From an uncultured bacterium (GTDB lineage: Bacteria; Latescibacterota; MWCZ01), in the NCBI GenBank assembly GCA_964606675.1, contig CAZSJP010000001.1, positions 1 through 36,252 of the forward strand: 36,252 bases of DNA. The letters are read 5' to 3'. This document shows positions 18,227 to 26,041 of the stretch, in pieces (within the stretch, counting starts at the first letter, position 1; every line of letters begins with the position of its first letter). The notes beneath the pieces were generated by a model that worked only from the letters and a program-made list of their open reading frames with translations, had not been told where the DNA came from and searched no databases. The position numbers and the translations under genes are program-made.

Positions 18227-18359
18227 CCTAAAAATAGACGGCCGCACGGCATGCGTGTGCAAGCTCGATCTGCTCAACGAGCGAATCGATATTCGCTTCG
18301 AGGACGGCGAAGAGGACTCGATTCCTCTCGGGGCCGAACAAATCGATGCGGGCAAGTAG
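18213..18359 (+). other. out-of-frame 3' continuation of the PSP1/RicT gene (48 codons)
   Basis: The +1 frame reads MLGDSLKIDGRTACVCKLDLLNERIDIRFEDGEEDSIPLGAEQIDAGK*. This looks like the small beta-rich C-terminal tail that normally follows the PSP1 domain, and it fills the otherwise empty gap before metG. Confidence 0.5.
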
Positions 18360-18411
18360 CTGGCCGGCCGACCGAACGAACACCAAGGAGCCATCTGCAA
18401 GGAGTCATCTG

Positions 18412-20361
18412 GTGGAAAGATTCTACGTCACGACGCCCATATATTACGTGAGCGCGCCTCCATTCCTGGGAAATGCCTACACCACTGTCGTTGCCGACGC
18501 TCAAGCCAGATTCGCGAGGCTTGAAGGCAAAGACGCATACTTTCTCACCGGCACGGACGAGCACGGTAGCAAGATCGTCCAGAGCGCCGAGGACGCGGGG
18601 ATCGAGCCGCGGCAGTGGGTAGACGACATCAGCGGTAGATTCCGCGCGCTGTGGCCGACGCTGAACATAGAACACAACGACTTCATCCGAACGACTGAGC
18701 CGCGTCACATGACCGTCGTGCAGGACATCCTGCAGCGGGTGTACGACAGTGGCGATATCTACTTCGACCAGTACGAAGGACTGTACTGCGTAGGCTGCGA
18801 ACTCTACTACGACGAAGACCAACTCGACGGCGATGGGAGATGCCTCACTCACGGCACCAAAGCTGAGTTGCTGAAGGAACAGAACTACTTCTTCCGCATG
18901 AGCAACTACTACGACTGGCTGAAGTCGCACATTGCGGACAAGCCCGATTTCGTTCGCCCGGAGCGATACCGCAACGAGCTTCTGGCCATGCTGGAAAAGC
19001 CGACTGATCTCTGCATTAGTCGTCCGAAGGACCGGCTTTCGTGGGCAATCCCGTTGCCGTTCGACGACAAATTCGTCGCGTACGTGTGGTTCGATGCGCT
19101 CATAAACTACGTGAGCGGCCCCGGATGGCCCGATAGCGAGTTGTTCGAGAAGTATTGGCCGGTCTGCGAGCACGTTATCGGGAAAGACATACTCAGGCAG
19201 CACGGCCTCTACTGGCCATGTATGCTCAGAGCCGCCGGCATACCGATGTTCAACCATCTGAACGTACATGGGTTTTGGCGCGGCTTCGACGGACGCAAGA
19301 TGTCGAAGTCCCTCGGCAACTCGATCGAGCCGGCGGACGTGCGCGACGTGTACGGTGCCGATGCCGTGCGATACGCGTTGCTGCGAGAGATGCCGTTCGG
19401 TGTCGACGCCAACATCGGCGATTCCATCATCGCCAAGCGCATGAACACGGACCTGGCGAACGACCTGGGCAACCTGCTTTCCCGGACGATGAAGCTGGTG
19501 CAAAGCTCGTTCGACGGCCTCGTCCCGGGCCTGGGCGACGGCCCCGCGAGCGAGACCGACATCGAACTGCGGGACTACTGGCGTTCCGCCACCCCGGACG
19601 TCATCGAGTTCTGGCGCGAATGGAAGATGTCGCAGGGCATCGAGCGGACGATGGAATGTATCCGCGCGACGAACCGCTACATCGACTCCGAGAAACCGTG
19701 GGAACTGGCCAAGAGCGGCGACACCGCTCGGCTGGGAGCGGTGCTGTACAGCTGCCTGGAGTCGCTCAGGATTGCCTCGGCACTTCTCTGGCCGGCGATG
19801 CCGGAGCGGATGTCGACACTGCGCGAGCAGCTGGGAATCGCAAGCGATCCGACGTTGGCAGAGGCAGCGGAGTGGGGGCTGCTTGTGCCGGGGCAGGCAC
19901 TGGCGCCTGGCGAAAGACTGTTTCCGAGGGCCGATCTCGACGCAGCGAGGGAGCGCGAGGCAAGTCGCAAGGCCACGACTGAGGCAGCGACGGGGGCAGC
20001 CGACGACGTTGGAGACGAGACGACCGACGAGCCGGCACTCGTCAGTTTCGACGACTTTGGCAAGCTGGACCTTCGCGTGGGCACGATTCTCTCGGCGGAG
20101 CCGGTGAAGAAGACGACCAAGTTGCTGAAGCTATCGGTCGACATCGGCGAGGAAACGCCGCGTACGCTGGTCGCAGGGGTCGCTGAGCACTACGCAGCCG
20201 ACGACGTCGTCGGTAGGCAGATCGTGGTAGTCGCCAATTTGGAGCCGGCCAAAATCCGTGGCGTGGAATCGCAGGGGATGCTTCTGGCGGCCGACTCCGG
20301 CGACGCGCTGTCGATACTCGCTCCGGACGCCAGCGTGCCGAACGGTTCACGAGTCAGGTGA
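18412..20361 (+). CDS. metG: methionyl-tRNA synthetase with C-terminal tRNA-binding (Trbp111/EMAP-like) domain
   Basis: TTPIYYVS...AYTTVVADAQARF, TGTDEHG, KMSKS (19297-19311) and the anticodon-binding region. The C-terminal VSFDDFGKLDLRVGTILSAEPVKKTTKLLKLSVDIG is an OB-fold tRNA-binding domain. GTG 18412 is preceded by AAGGAG at 18399-18404. Confidence 0.93.
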   Translation: MERFYVTTPIYYVSAPPFLGNAYTTVVADAQARFARLEGKDAYFLTGTDEHGSKIVQSAEDAGIEPRQWVDDISGRFRALWPTLNIEHNDFIRTTEPRHMTVVQDILQRVYDSGDIYFDQYEGLYCVGCELYYDEDQLDGDGRCLTHGTKAELLKEQNYFFRMSNYYDWLKSHIADKPDFVRPERYRNELLAMLEKPTDLCISRPKDRLSWAIPLPFDDKFVAYVWFDALINYVSGPGWPDSELFEKYWPVCEHVIGKDILRQHGLYWPCMLRAAGIPMFNHLNVHGFWRGFDGRKMSKSLGNSIEPADVRDVYGADAVRYALLREMPFGVDANIGDSIIAKRMNTDLANDLGNLLSRTMKLVQSSFDGLVPGLGDGPASETDIELRDYWRSATPDVIEFWREWKMSQGIERTMECIRATNRYIDSEKPWELAKSGDTARLGAVLYSCLESLRIASALLWPAMPERMSTLREQLGIASDPTLAEAAEWGLLVPGQALAPGERLFPRADLDAAREREASRKATTEAATGAADDVGDETTDEPALVSFDDFGKLDLRVGTILSAEPVKKTTKLLKLSVDIGEETPRTLVAGVAEHYAADDVVGRQIVVVANLEPAKIRGVESQGMLLAADSGDALSILAPDASVPNGSRVR

Positions 20362-20367
20362 GGGCGG

Positions 20368-20558
20368 ATGGCGGAAACGACTCAGTTCTACCTCTCGAAC
20401 AAGCCCTATGGCTGGATGTCCAATCTCGCCCGTGGCTGGCCGACATAAGTCGACGGTAGGAACTGGCCGACGTCGGAGTGCTAGTTCCAGGCGATGAAGT
20501 TCGAGGGCGACCCTGAGTTCGAGGCGGAGTCGGTGTCCGATCGCCGTGCAGCTCGGGC
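20368..20558 (+). pseudogene. decayed NADAR/YbiA-family (DUF1768) gene remnant with two in-frame stops
   Basis: A single frame reads MAETTQFYLSNKPYGWMSNLARGWPT*VDGRNWPTSEC*FQAMKFEGDPEF.... From memory, this matches the NADAR signature FY...YG.FSNF..WPI.VDG..WPTSEHYFQA.KF. It is interrupted by TAA (20446-20448) and TAG (20482-20484), and it runs into the convergent aldolase gene. Confidence 0.65.
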
Positions 20559-21587
20559 TCAGCCCCGGTATTTCGCCCGTAGAGCGTCCATCTCCCGCTC
20601 GTATACGTCCATGCGGTCGTCGTCGATGCCGGCGCGTTTCGAGCCGTATGGCGAGCCGGTCGTCTTCGTATAGGGCTGTACGTTCGCGCCCTTGCGCGCG
20701 GCGTACATCAGGCCGCCGATGCCAGTGTCGACCCCCTCGGACACTTCTATCGCACGGCAGCTGTCGAACGACGCCTCCCGCGCACCGACGATGTCCTTTG
20801 CGAGCATTCTGTCGTAGATCGCTCGCAGCGTTTCAGGATTCGTGTTGCATCCCTGACCGATGACTCCGGCGGCGCCAAGCGTGATGGCGAACATGTACGC
20901 CAGTTCGTCGCCAGCAATGAAGGCGAAGTTCGTGTCGGCGGCAACCATCGCCAGCCATTCCAGGCGAACCATTTCCCCGGATGAGAACTTCATCCCTGCG
21001 ATGTTCGGCAGTTCGAGCAGACGCGCAAGCAACGAAGGCGTCATGAGATACTCTTCGGGCAGGCCCGGCGCCTGATACATCACGATCGGCACGTCGATTT
21101 CGCCGGCGACGGTCTCGAAGTACTTCACGACGGTGTCTTCGAGCGGCACGTTGTCTTCAGGGGCCAGAGCCGCCGGAAGAACCAGTACGACGGCGGTCGA
21201 TCCCTCTTTCTGGGCATGCTGAGACAGCTCGATACTCTCTCGCGTGAACACTTCCGGGTCGGGACGATCCGCCGTGTTGCCACCGTAGATGCCCGACGTG
21301 CCCGGCATGACTCCTGCCCGCCCGTCCGCCTGGTCGATGACGATCTCGGATATCTTCTTCACCTCGTCGTAATCGAACGCGTACATGCGCCCGAGCCCGC
21401 AGCGGGGGAACAGCGTGGTGATCGAGCCGATTCCGATCAGGTAGTCCGTGTATGCCCGGATTCCCGCATCGTCTAAGGTGCCATCGGGGTTGCATGGCGT
21501 GAACATCGGCGTGATGACGCCGTGCAGAAAGGCGGGTATTTCTTGGCCTGAGTAGGGTTGCGTGACTGGGGTCGTCCATTTGTCCAC
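20559..21587 (-). CDS. DapA/N-acetylneuraminate-lyase-family class I aldolase, divergent paralogue 1
   Basis: Collinear with DapA: VITPMFTPC, PGTSG, VMYQAPG (Tyr of the YN.P block), GMKFSSGE (Schiff-base Lys position), IAGDE. GTG start at 21587 has AGGAG upstream. Confidence 0.85.
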   Translation of the reverse strand: MDKWTTPVTQPYSGQEIPAFLHGVITPMFTPCNPDGTLDDAGIRAYTDYLIGIGSITTLFPRCGLGRMYAFDYDEVKKISEIVIDQADGRAGVMPGTSGIYGGNTADRPDPEVFTRESIELSQHAQKEGSTAVVLVLPAALAPEDNVPLEDTVVKYFETVAGEIDVPIVMYQAPGLPEEYLMTPSLLARLLELPNIAGMKFSSGEMVRLEWLAMVAADTNFAFIAGDELAYMFAITLGAAGVIGQGCNTNPETLRAIYDRMLAKDIVGAREASFDSCRAIEVSEGVDTGIGGLMYAARKGANVQPYTKTTGSPYGSKRAGIDDDRMDVYEREMDALRAKYRG

Positions 21588-21634
21588 GTTCTGGTCTCCT
21601 GAAGGCTATGTCGTGCAAGGGCGCTACGGCGATG

Positions 21635-22708
21635 CTATTGGCCGGTGCGCTCCCACCACTGATTCTGCGTGTAGCGGCTTCTAAGCTCGTCCATCTGCCT
21701 GACGAACCGCTCTAATCTTTCGGAGGACACCGGCTCGATTCCAGCCTTCGTAAACGGCTGTATCGGCTTGCCTTTGTACGCCAGGTAGCTCAGCCCGGCG
21801 GCGACGGCGTTCAACCCGTCGGTGATCGATACGGCGCGGCTTGCGTCCATCGCGGCGCGGCTCGCTCCGGCGTAGTCGGAGGCCATCAGCCGCTCGTACA
21901 CGGCTTTGAGTATCTCGGGGTTGTTGCTCGCTCCTTGTCCAATGACGCCCGTGCCTCCGAGCATGAACAGCGCCGAGAACGCGCGCTCGTCTCCGGCGAT
22001 CAGGGCGAAATCGCTGCCCTCCACTACCTCCGCGATCAGGGTCAGTGGGTTCATCCTGTCGGTCGAGTACTTCAGCCCGACGATGTTCGGGATTGCCATG
22101 AGTCGTTCCAGCAGCCTCGGTCCGATCCGGTAAGTTCGTCTATACGGCGGGGGCTGGTAGATGAGTATTGGCATATCGGTCTCGGAGGCGACGTCTCGGA
22201 AGTATTCGAATGCGGTGTCGTCGTCGCCTCTGCTCTTGACGAGTTCGGAGGGTACCAACAGTACGACGGCGATCGCATCTCTGTCCTGAGCGTGGCGGCA
22301 AAGCTCAATGCTCTGTCGGATGTATGTCGCCCGGTCCAGGGTGCCGTTGTATATGCCGGCGCACCCGGCCATGACCGGCACGCGTCCGGCCGCTTGGTCG
22401 GCCACGACGTCTATCAGCCGCTTCACCTCGTCGAATTCGAACTCGAACATCTTCCCGAGTCCGCCCCGAAGGAACAGGCCGGATATGGCTCCGGACTCGA
22501 TAAGGACGTCGGTGTACGCTCGTATCGCCGTCTCGTCGAGCGTGTGGTCGCTGTTGCACGGCGTGAACATGGGTACTATCACGCCATGGAGGTATCGAGG
22601 GGTTCGGGCGCCCGTCAGCGGGTGCACCACGGGCGCTTTCCAGTCAATCACTAGCTTCCCTTTCGGAGATCCGCGGACCGCAGGAACCGGGAGTGAGTCG
22701 TCGGCCAT
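21635..22708 (-). CDS. DapA/NAL-family class I aldolase, divergent paralogue 2
   Basis: It carries the same blocks as paralogue 1: VIVPMFTPC, LIYQPPP, GLKYSTDR, IAGDE. An alternative GTG start at 22651 (VIDWKAPVV) aligns better with the N-termini of the other two copies. Confidence 0.82.
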   Translation of the reverse strand: MADDSLPVPAVRGSPKGKLVIDWKAPVVHPLTGARTPRYLHGVIVPMFTPCNSDHTLDETAIRAYTDVLIESGAISGLFLRGGLGKMFEFEFDEVKRLIDVVADQAAGRVPVMAGCAGIYNGTLDRATYIRQSIELCRHAQDRDAIAVVLLVPSELVKSRGDDDTAFEYFRDVASETDMPILIYQPPPYRRTYRIGPRLLERLMAIPNIVGLKYSTDRMNPLTLIAEVVEGSDFALIAGDERAFSALFMLGGTGVIGQGASNNPEILKAVYERLMASDYAGASRAAMDASRAVSITDGLNAVAAGLSYLAYKGKPIQPFTKAGIEPVSSERLERFVRQMDELRSRYTQNQWWERTGQ

Positions 22709-22795
22709 GCCGCGGTGACGTCACGCAACAAGAACGTTCACGCGAGCGCATGGGGCAACCGCATCGGTGTGGTTCATATGCCCGCGCCCCCTGGC

Positions 22796-23800
22796 TCAAC
22801 TCAGGTATGGCTCCCTGATTGAGTCGAGCGCTCGCTCGGACTCGTCGAGCCGTTCGTTGGGTATCGCTCTGGTCGGAACGACGGTGTGTGGCAGAACGCG
22901 TGTCCCCTTGCGCGCGGCGTACCCGAGGCTCCAGATCGCCGAATCGACCCCGTTGGATGGCTCCAGCGCGAGGACCGAGTCCCACGCCGCCTTCCGCGCA
23001 CCATCGTAGTCTTTCGCCATCATCCGGTCGTACACGGCTCTCAGGATCTCTGCGTGCGTGTTGCAGCCTCTGCCTATGACGCCGGTCGCGCCGATCATCA
23101 TGGTGTAGATGAACGCCCGTTCGTCGCCGGCGATGAACGCGAAGTTCGTTCCCTTGGCAACGACAGCCAGCCGACCGAAAACGACCATGTTGCCGCTCGA
23201 TATCTTGACGCCGACGACGTTGGGGATTTGCAGCAGCCGCTCCAGAGTCGGCGGAGTCAGCCGGTAGGCCTGTTCGGTACCGCCCGGCTGATACAGGATG
23301 ATCGGGATATCCAGTTCGGCCGCAACCGTCTCGTAGTACTCGCATATCGTGTCGGCCAGCGGCTTGCCTTCCTCGGCGCGCAGAGCCATCGGCAGAGCGA
23401 GCACCGCAGCCGCCGCGCCGACCTTCTGGGCCAGTTGCGAAAGCTCGATGCTCTGTCGAGTGTAGATGGCCGGCGCGGGCCTCTCAGCCGGGTCGCCGGA
23501 GTACATGCCGCACGTGCCGACCACCACGGGCGCCCTGTCGCCGGCATGGTCGACGACCGTTTTCGTGAGCCGTTCGACTTGCTCGTACGAGAAGCCGTAC
23601 ATTTTTCCGACTCCCCCGCGAGGGAAGAGCGTGTCCACCTTGAGATCGTCTATGAGGAAGTCGACGTACGCGCGGACGCCGGCCTCGTCAAGTGCGCCGT
23701 CGGTGGTGCATGGCGTCGCCATCGGGGCAATCGTGCCGTGCAGGTATCGCGGTATGTCCTGCCCGCTGAATGGCTGACGAATCGTGGTGTCCTTGGCCAT
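22796..23800 (-). CDS. DapA/NAL-family class I aldolase, divergent paralogue 3
   Basis: Blocks TIAPMATPC, ILYQPGG, GVKISSGN and IAGDE. ATG 23800 is preceded by GGGAGG at 6-nt spacing. Confidence 0.85.
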   Translation of the reverse strand: MAKDTTIRQPFSGQDIPRYLHGTIAPMATPCTTDGALDEAGVRAYVDFLIDDLKVDTLFPRGGVGKMYGFSYEQVERLTKTVVDHAGDRAPVVVGTCGMYSGDPAERPAPAIYTRQSIELSQLAQKVGAAAAVLALPMALRAEEGKPLADTICEYYETVAAELDIPIILYQPGGTEQAYRLTPPTLERLLQIPNVVGVKISSGNMVVFGRLAVVAKGTNFAFIAGDERAFIYTMMIGATGVIGRGCNTHAEILRAVYDRMMAKDYDGARKAAWDSVLALEPSNGVDSAIWSLGYAARKGTRVLPHTVVPTRAIPNERLDESERALDSIREPYLS

Positions 23801-23925
23801 ATCGCACCTCCCGGCGTTGGTTCCACGGTCCCCGACGCATAACTCTACACACTACGAATATCGATGCGAACGGAGCGATACCGCAATCGGTCCGAGAGCC
23901 GACACCGGAGAAGCGAGGCGATGCG

Positions 23926-25629
23926 ATGCACGGAAAACGACTCAACAACCTGGTAACCGAATTGGCCACCGCCGCCGATCTGTCCGCAGATGGCGGCCTC
24001 TGTTTCGAGAACCCTCGCGAGGGATGGGTGTTCATCGGCCTGGCATCGGGCGATGCCGTCCTCGACGGCACGACCGTTCTCGAGGGTGGCGGCGAGACGA
24101 TGCGCTACCTGGATGCCGGTCCACACGATTTGCAGGTGGAAGGTGGCCCAACTACTGCTGAGCTTTCCGTGCGCACGGTGCCGGAACTCGCGTACTGCAA
24201 GTTCGTGTTCGATCCGCACGTGAAAGAGTACGGCCCGTACAACGCCGACTTCCTTGCCAAGCATGTCTTCCCTCACTGTAACACCGTGGTGGGGAGCGCA
24301 AGCCCGGAGACTAGAGCCTACGCCGAGAAGTGGAAGGCTGCCGGCGGCCGATGGATCATCGAGTGCCCGTTGCCGGGCCTTAGCGCCGAGACGGTCGACT
24401 TCGAGGACGTGTACAACGCATGGTCGACCAACCCCGGTATGGCCGATCCGCTGTACGACGGGGTAGTGGTCGACGAGTTCTTCTCGGGCGACAACCCCAA
24501 GTACCGCCAGTGGACCGATGCGATGAACCGGGTCCTAGACGAGAACCCCGGCAAGCGATTCTATCCGTACTTAGGCTCGCATTGGCCGGACAAGGACGAT
24601 TGGCACCGGGGCGGCAAAGACAACCGCGAAGAGAGCAGCAAGGCGTTTCTCGGTACGGCGCTCAAGAGAGGGCAGGTCATAGCCTGGGAGCGCTACGTGC
24701 AGGAGAGGCACGAGCAACAGATCGGAGCCGAGTTCATTCAGAGGCGACTGGGCGAGCCGGTGAAACGCTGGCAGGAAGTGTTCCCCGGATCGCCGGGCCA
24801 GCTGCTGGTAACGTTCGGATACATGACCATCACCGAGACGCTGAGCGTCCACCCCTCAGTCAACTACAAAGTCTTCATGGACATGCAGTTCAACTTCGTC
24901 GCGAACCGGCCCGAGTTCGACGGCCTGTACGGCATAATGGAGTACACCGCCGGATACGCCGACGAAGAGACGGTGCGCTGGGCGGCGCGGCTCTACCGAC
25001 ACTACGGAATCGAAGGCAACACGGACATGCTCACCGAGCGGCTGGGTTGGAAATACAAGTCGGATCATATCTACAACCCAGAGTTTAACTTCGACCTCGA
25101 AGGCTGGGACGTGCCGATTTGGATCGAGAGGAACGTCGCCGCCAGGAGCGTGCCTGGCTTCGGGCATATCGAGGGACGGTGGCCGCGAACCAGCGCCGGC
25201 GACACGTTCCTCTACGTGGAACGCTCGGACGAGCGCCCGAATGCTCTCAGCCAGCCGATACGAAACCTGGAGCCGGGGAAGCTCTACAGCGTCAAGATGA
25301 TCAGCGGCGACTACGGCGATCTGGTGGCGGGTCGTTCCGAGGAGAAACAGCACGGGCTGTCGTTGTCGGTCGACGGTGCTGATGTAATCGCGGGCAAGAC
25401 GTTCCGGAGCGTCGTCGCCAACAACTACGCTCACATGCAGGAGCCGTTCACGACGGCAAAGCCGTTCTGGCTCAACTTCCATCAGCTCGTATTTCGCGCC
25501 GGAGACGGCGTGGCAACGCTCAGTATCTCGGACTGGGCGACCGATGAAGAACCTGGTGGCCCGATCGGGCAGGAGCTGATGTGCAACAACGTCGAGCTGC
25601 ATCCGTACTTCGACGAGAGCGGCATGTAG
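23926..25629 (+). CDS. 567-aa protein of unknown function, paralogue A (possible glycoside-hydrolase-like enzyme with a C-terminal jelly-roll/CBM-like domain)
   Basis: The internal ATG at 23926 (MHGKRLNNLVTELA) gives exactly the same length as paralogue B and a collinear alignment. The C-terminal NPEFNFDLEGWDV... region resembles galactose-binding-like or CBM modules. No signal peptide. Confidence 0.8.
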   Translation: MHGKRLNNLVTELATAADLSADGGLCFENPREGWVFIGLASGDAVLDGTTVLEGGGETMRYLDAGPHDLQVEGGPTTAELSVRTVPELAYCKFVFDPHVKEYGPYNADFLAKHVFPHCNTVVGSASPETRAYAEKWKAAGGRWIIECPLPGLSAETVDFEDVYNAWSTNPGMADPLYDGVVVDEFFSGDNPKYRQWTDAMNRVLDENPGKRFYPYLGSHWPDKDDWHRGGKDNREESSKAFLGTALKRGQVIAWERYVQERHEQQIGAEFIQRRLGEPVKRWQEVFPGSPGQLLVTFGYMTITETLSVHPSVNYKVFMDMQFNFVANRPEFDGLYGIMEYTAGYADEETVRWAARLYRHYGIEGNTDMLTERLGWKYKSDHIYNPEFNFDLEGWDVPIWIERNVAARSVPGFGHIEGRWPRTSAGDTFLYVERSDERPNALSQPIRNLEPGKLYSVKMISGDYGDLVAGRSEEKQHGLSLSVDGADVIAGKTFRSVVANNYAHMQEPFTTAKPFWLNFHQLVFRAGDGVATLSISDWATDEEPGGPIGQELMCNNVELHPYFDESGM

Positions 25630-25645
25630 GCGGCAGCCTGGCGTA

Positions 25646-25704
25646 GCGGCCTGACGGCCGCTTTGGGAGATTGCTTTGCTCGGCTGCGCCGAGGCGCAAT
25701 CTCC
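25646..25704 (+). terminator. stem-loop cluster directly after the stop of paralogue A (candidate intrinsic terminator)
   Basis: GCGGCC-TGAC-GGCCGC (25646-25661) is followed by TTT. Next comes a 9-bp outer stem GGAGATTGC (25666-25674) / GCAATCTCC (25696-25704) enclosing a CTCGG/CCGAG inner stem. The U-tract is weak. Confidence 0.35.
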
Positions 25705-26041
25705 GGCCGTGTACGAAACGGCGCGGGGGCGCGGAGCTTGGGCCCCTTCGATCGGCTAGAACGTCGGTACGTCTTGCCCGCGGGCACGTTGGCATCGTTG
25801 TCTGCCCGGACACGGCACGCCGCCCCATTCGCTCCCGACTAGAAGTCGAGGGCTGGCGTTGCGAAGTCACTGCGGTTCCTAGGCCGCCGGACGCCCTTGC
25901 GCAGTCAGCATCGGTACGGTATTTTCCGCGACAACGCTGCTGGGAGCGGAGTGTTGGCAGAGGCTGACGTGCGGGGAGGTGCCTGTGAGGGAGTCGAAAC
26001 TGATCGCAGCGTCTCAGCCACTTGCCTGGGAGGGATACCTT

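Noticed and set aside
16778-18400. 540-aa minus-strand ORF opposite holB and the PSP1 gene
   Set aside because: The translation is dominated by R/S/P/A runs and shows no motifs. The plus strand encodes two well-supported conserved proteins.
18274-19503. 409-aa minus-strand ORF opposite metG
   Set aside because: It is a shadow ORF. The metG assignment on the plus strand is unambiguous.
20446-20484. In-frame TAA and TAG in the NADAR-like frame read as evidence for stop-codon reassignment
   Set aside because: TAA (esterase, 32224-32226), TAG (paralogue A, 25627-25629) and TGA (metG, 20359-20361) all terminate well-supported neighbouring genes at the expected lengths. Pseudogenisation is the simpler reading.
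20559-20660. Apparent continuation of the NADAR-like frame (…MPARFEPYGE…) into the aldolase gene
   Set aside because: This stretch is the antisense of the well-supported C-terminus of aldolase paralogue 1. The faint resemblance is most likely coincidental.
23770-23925. 5' extension of 567-aa paralogue A to ATG 23770 (619 aa)
   Set aside because: It would overlap the divergent aldolase start. The internal ATG at 23926 has an RBS and gives exact length and N-terminal correspondence with paralogue B.
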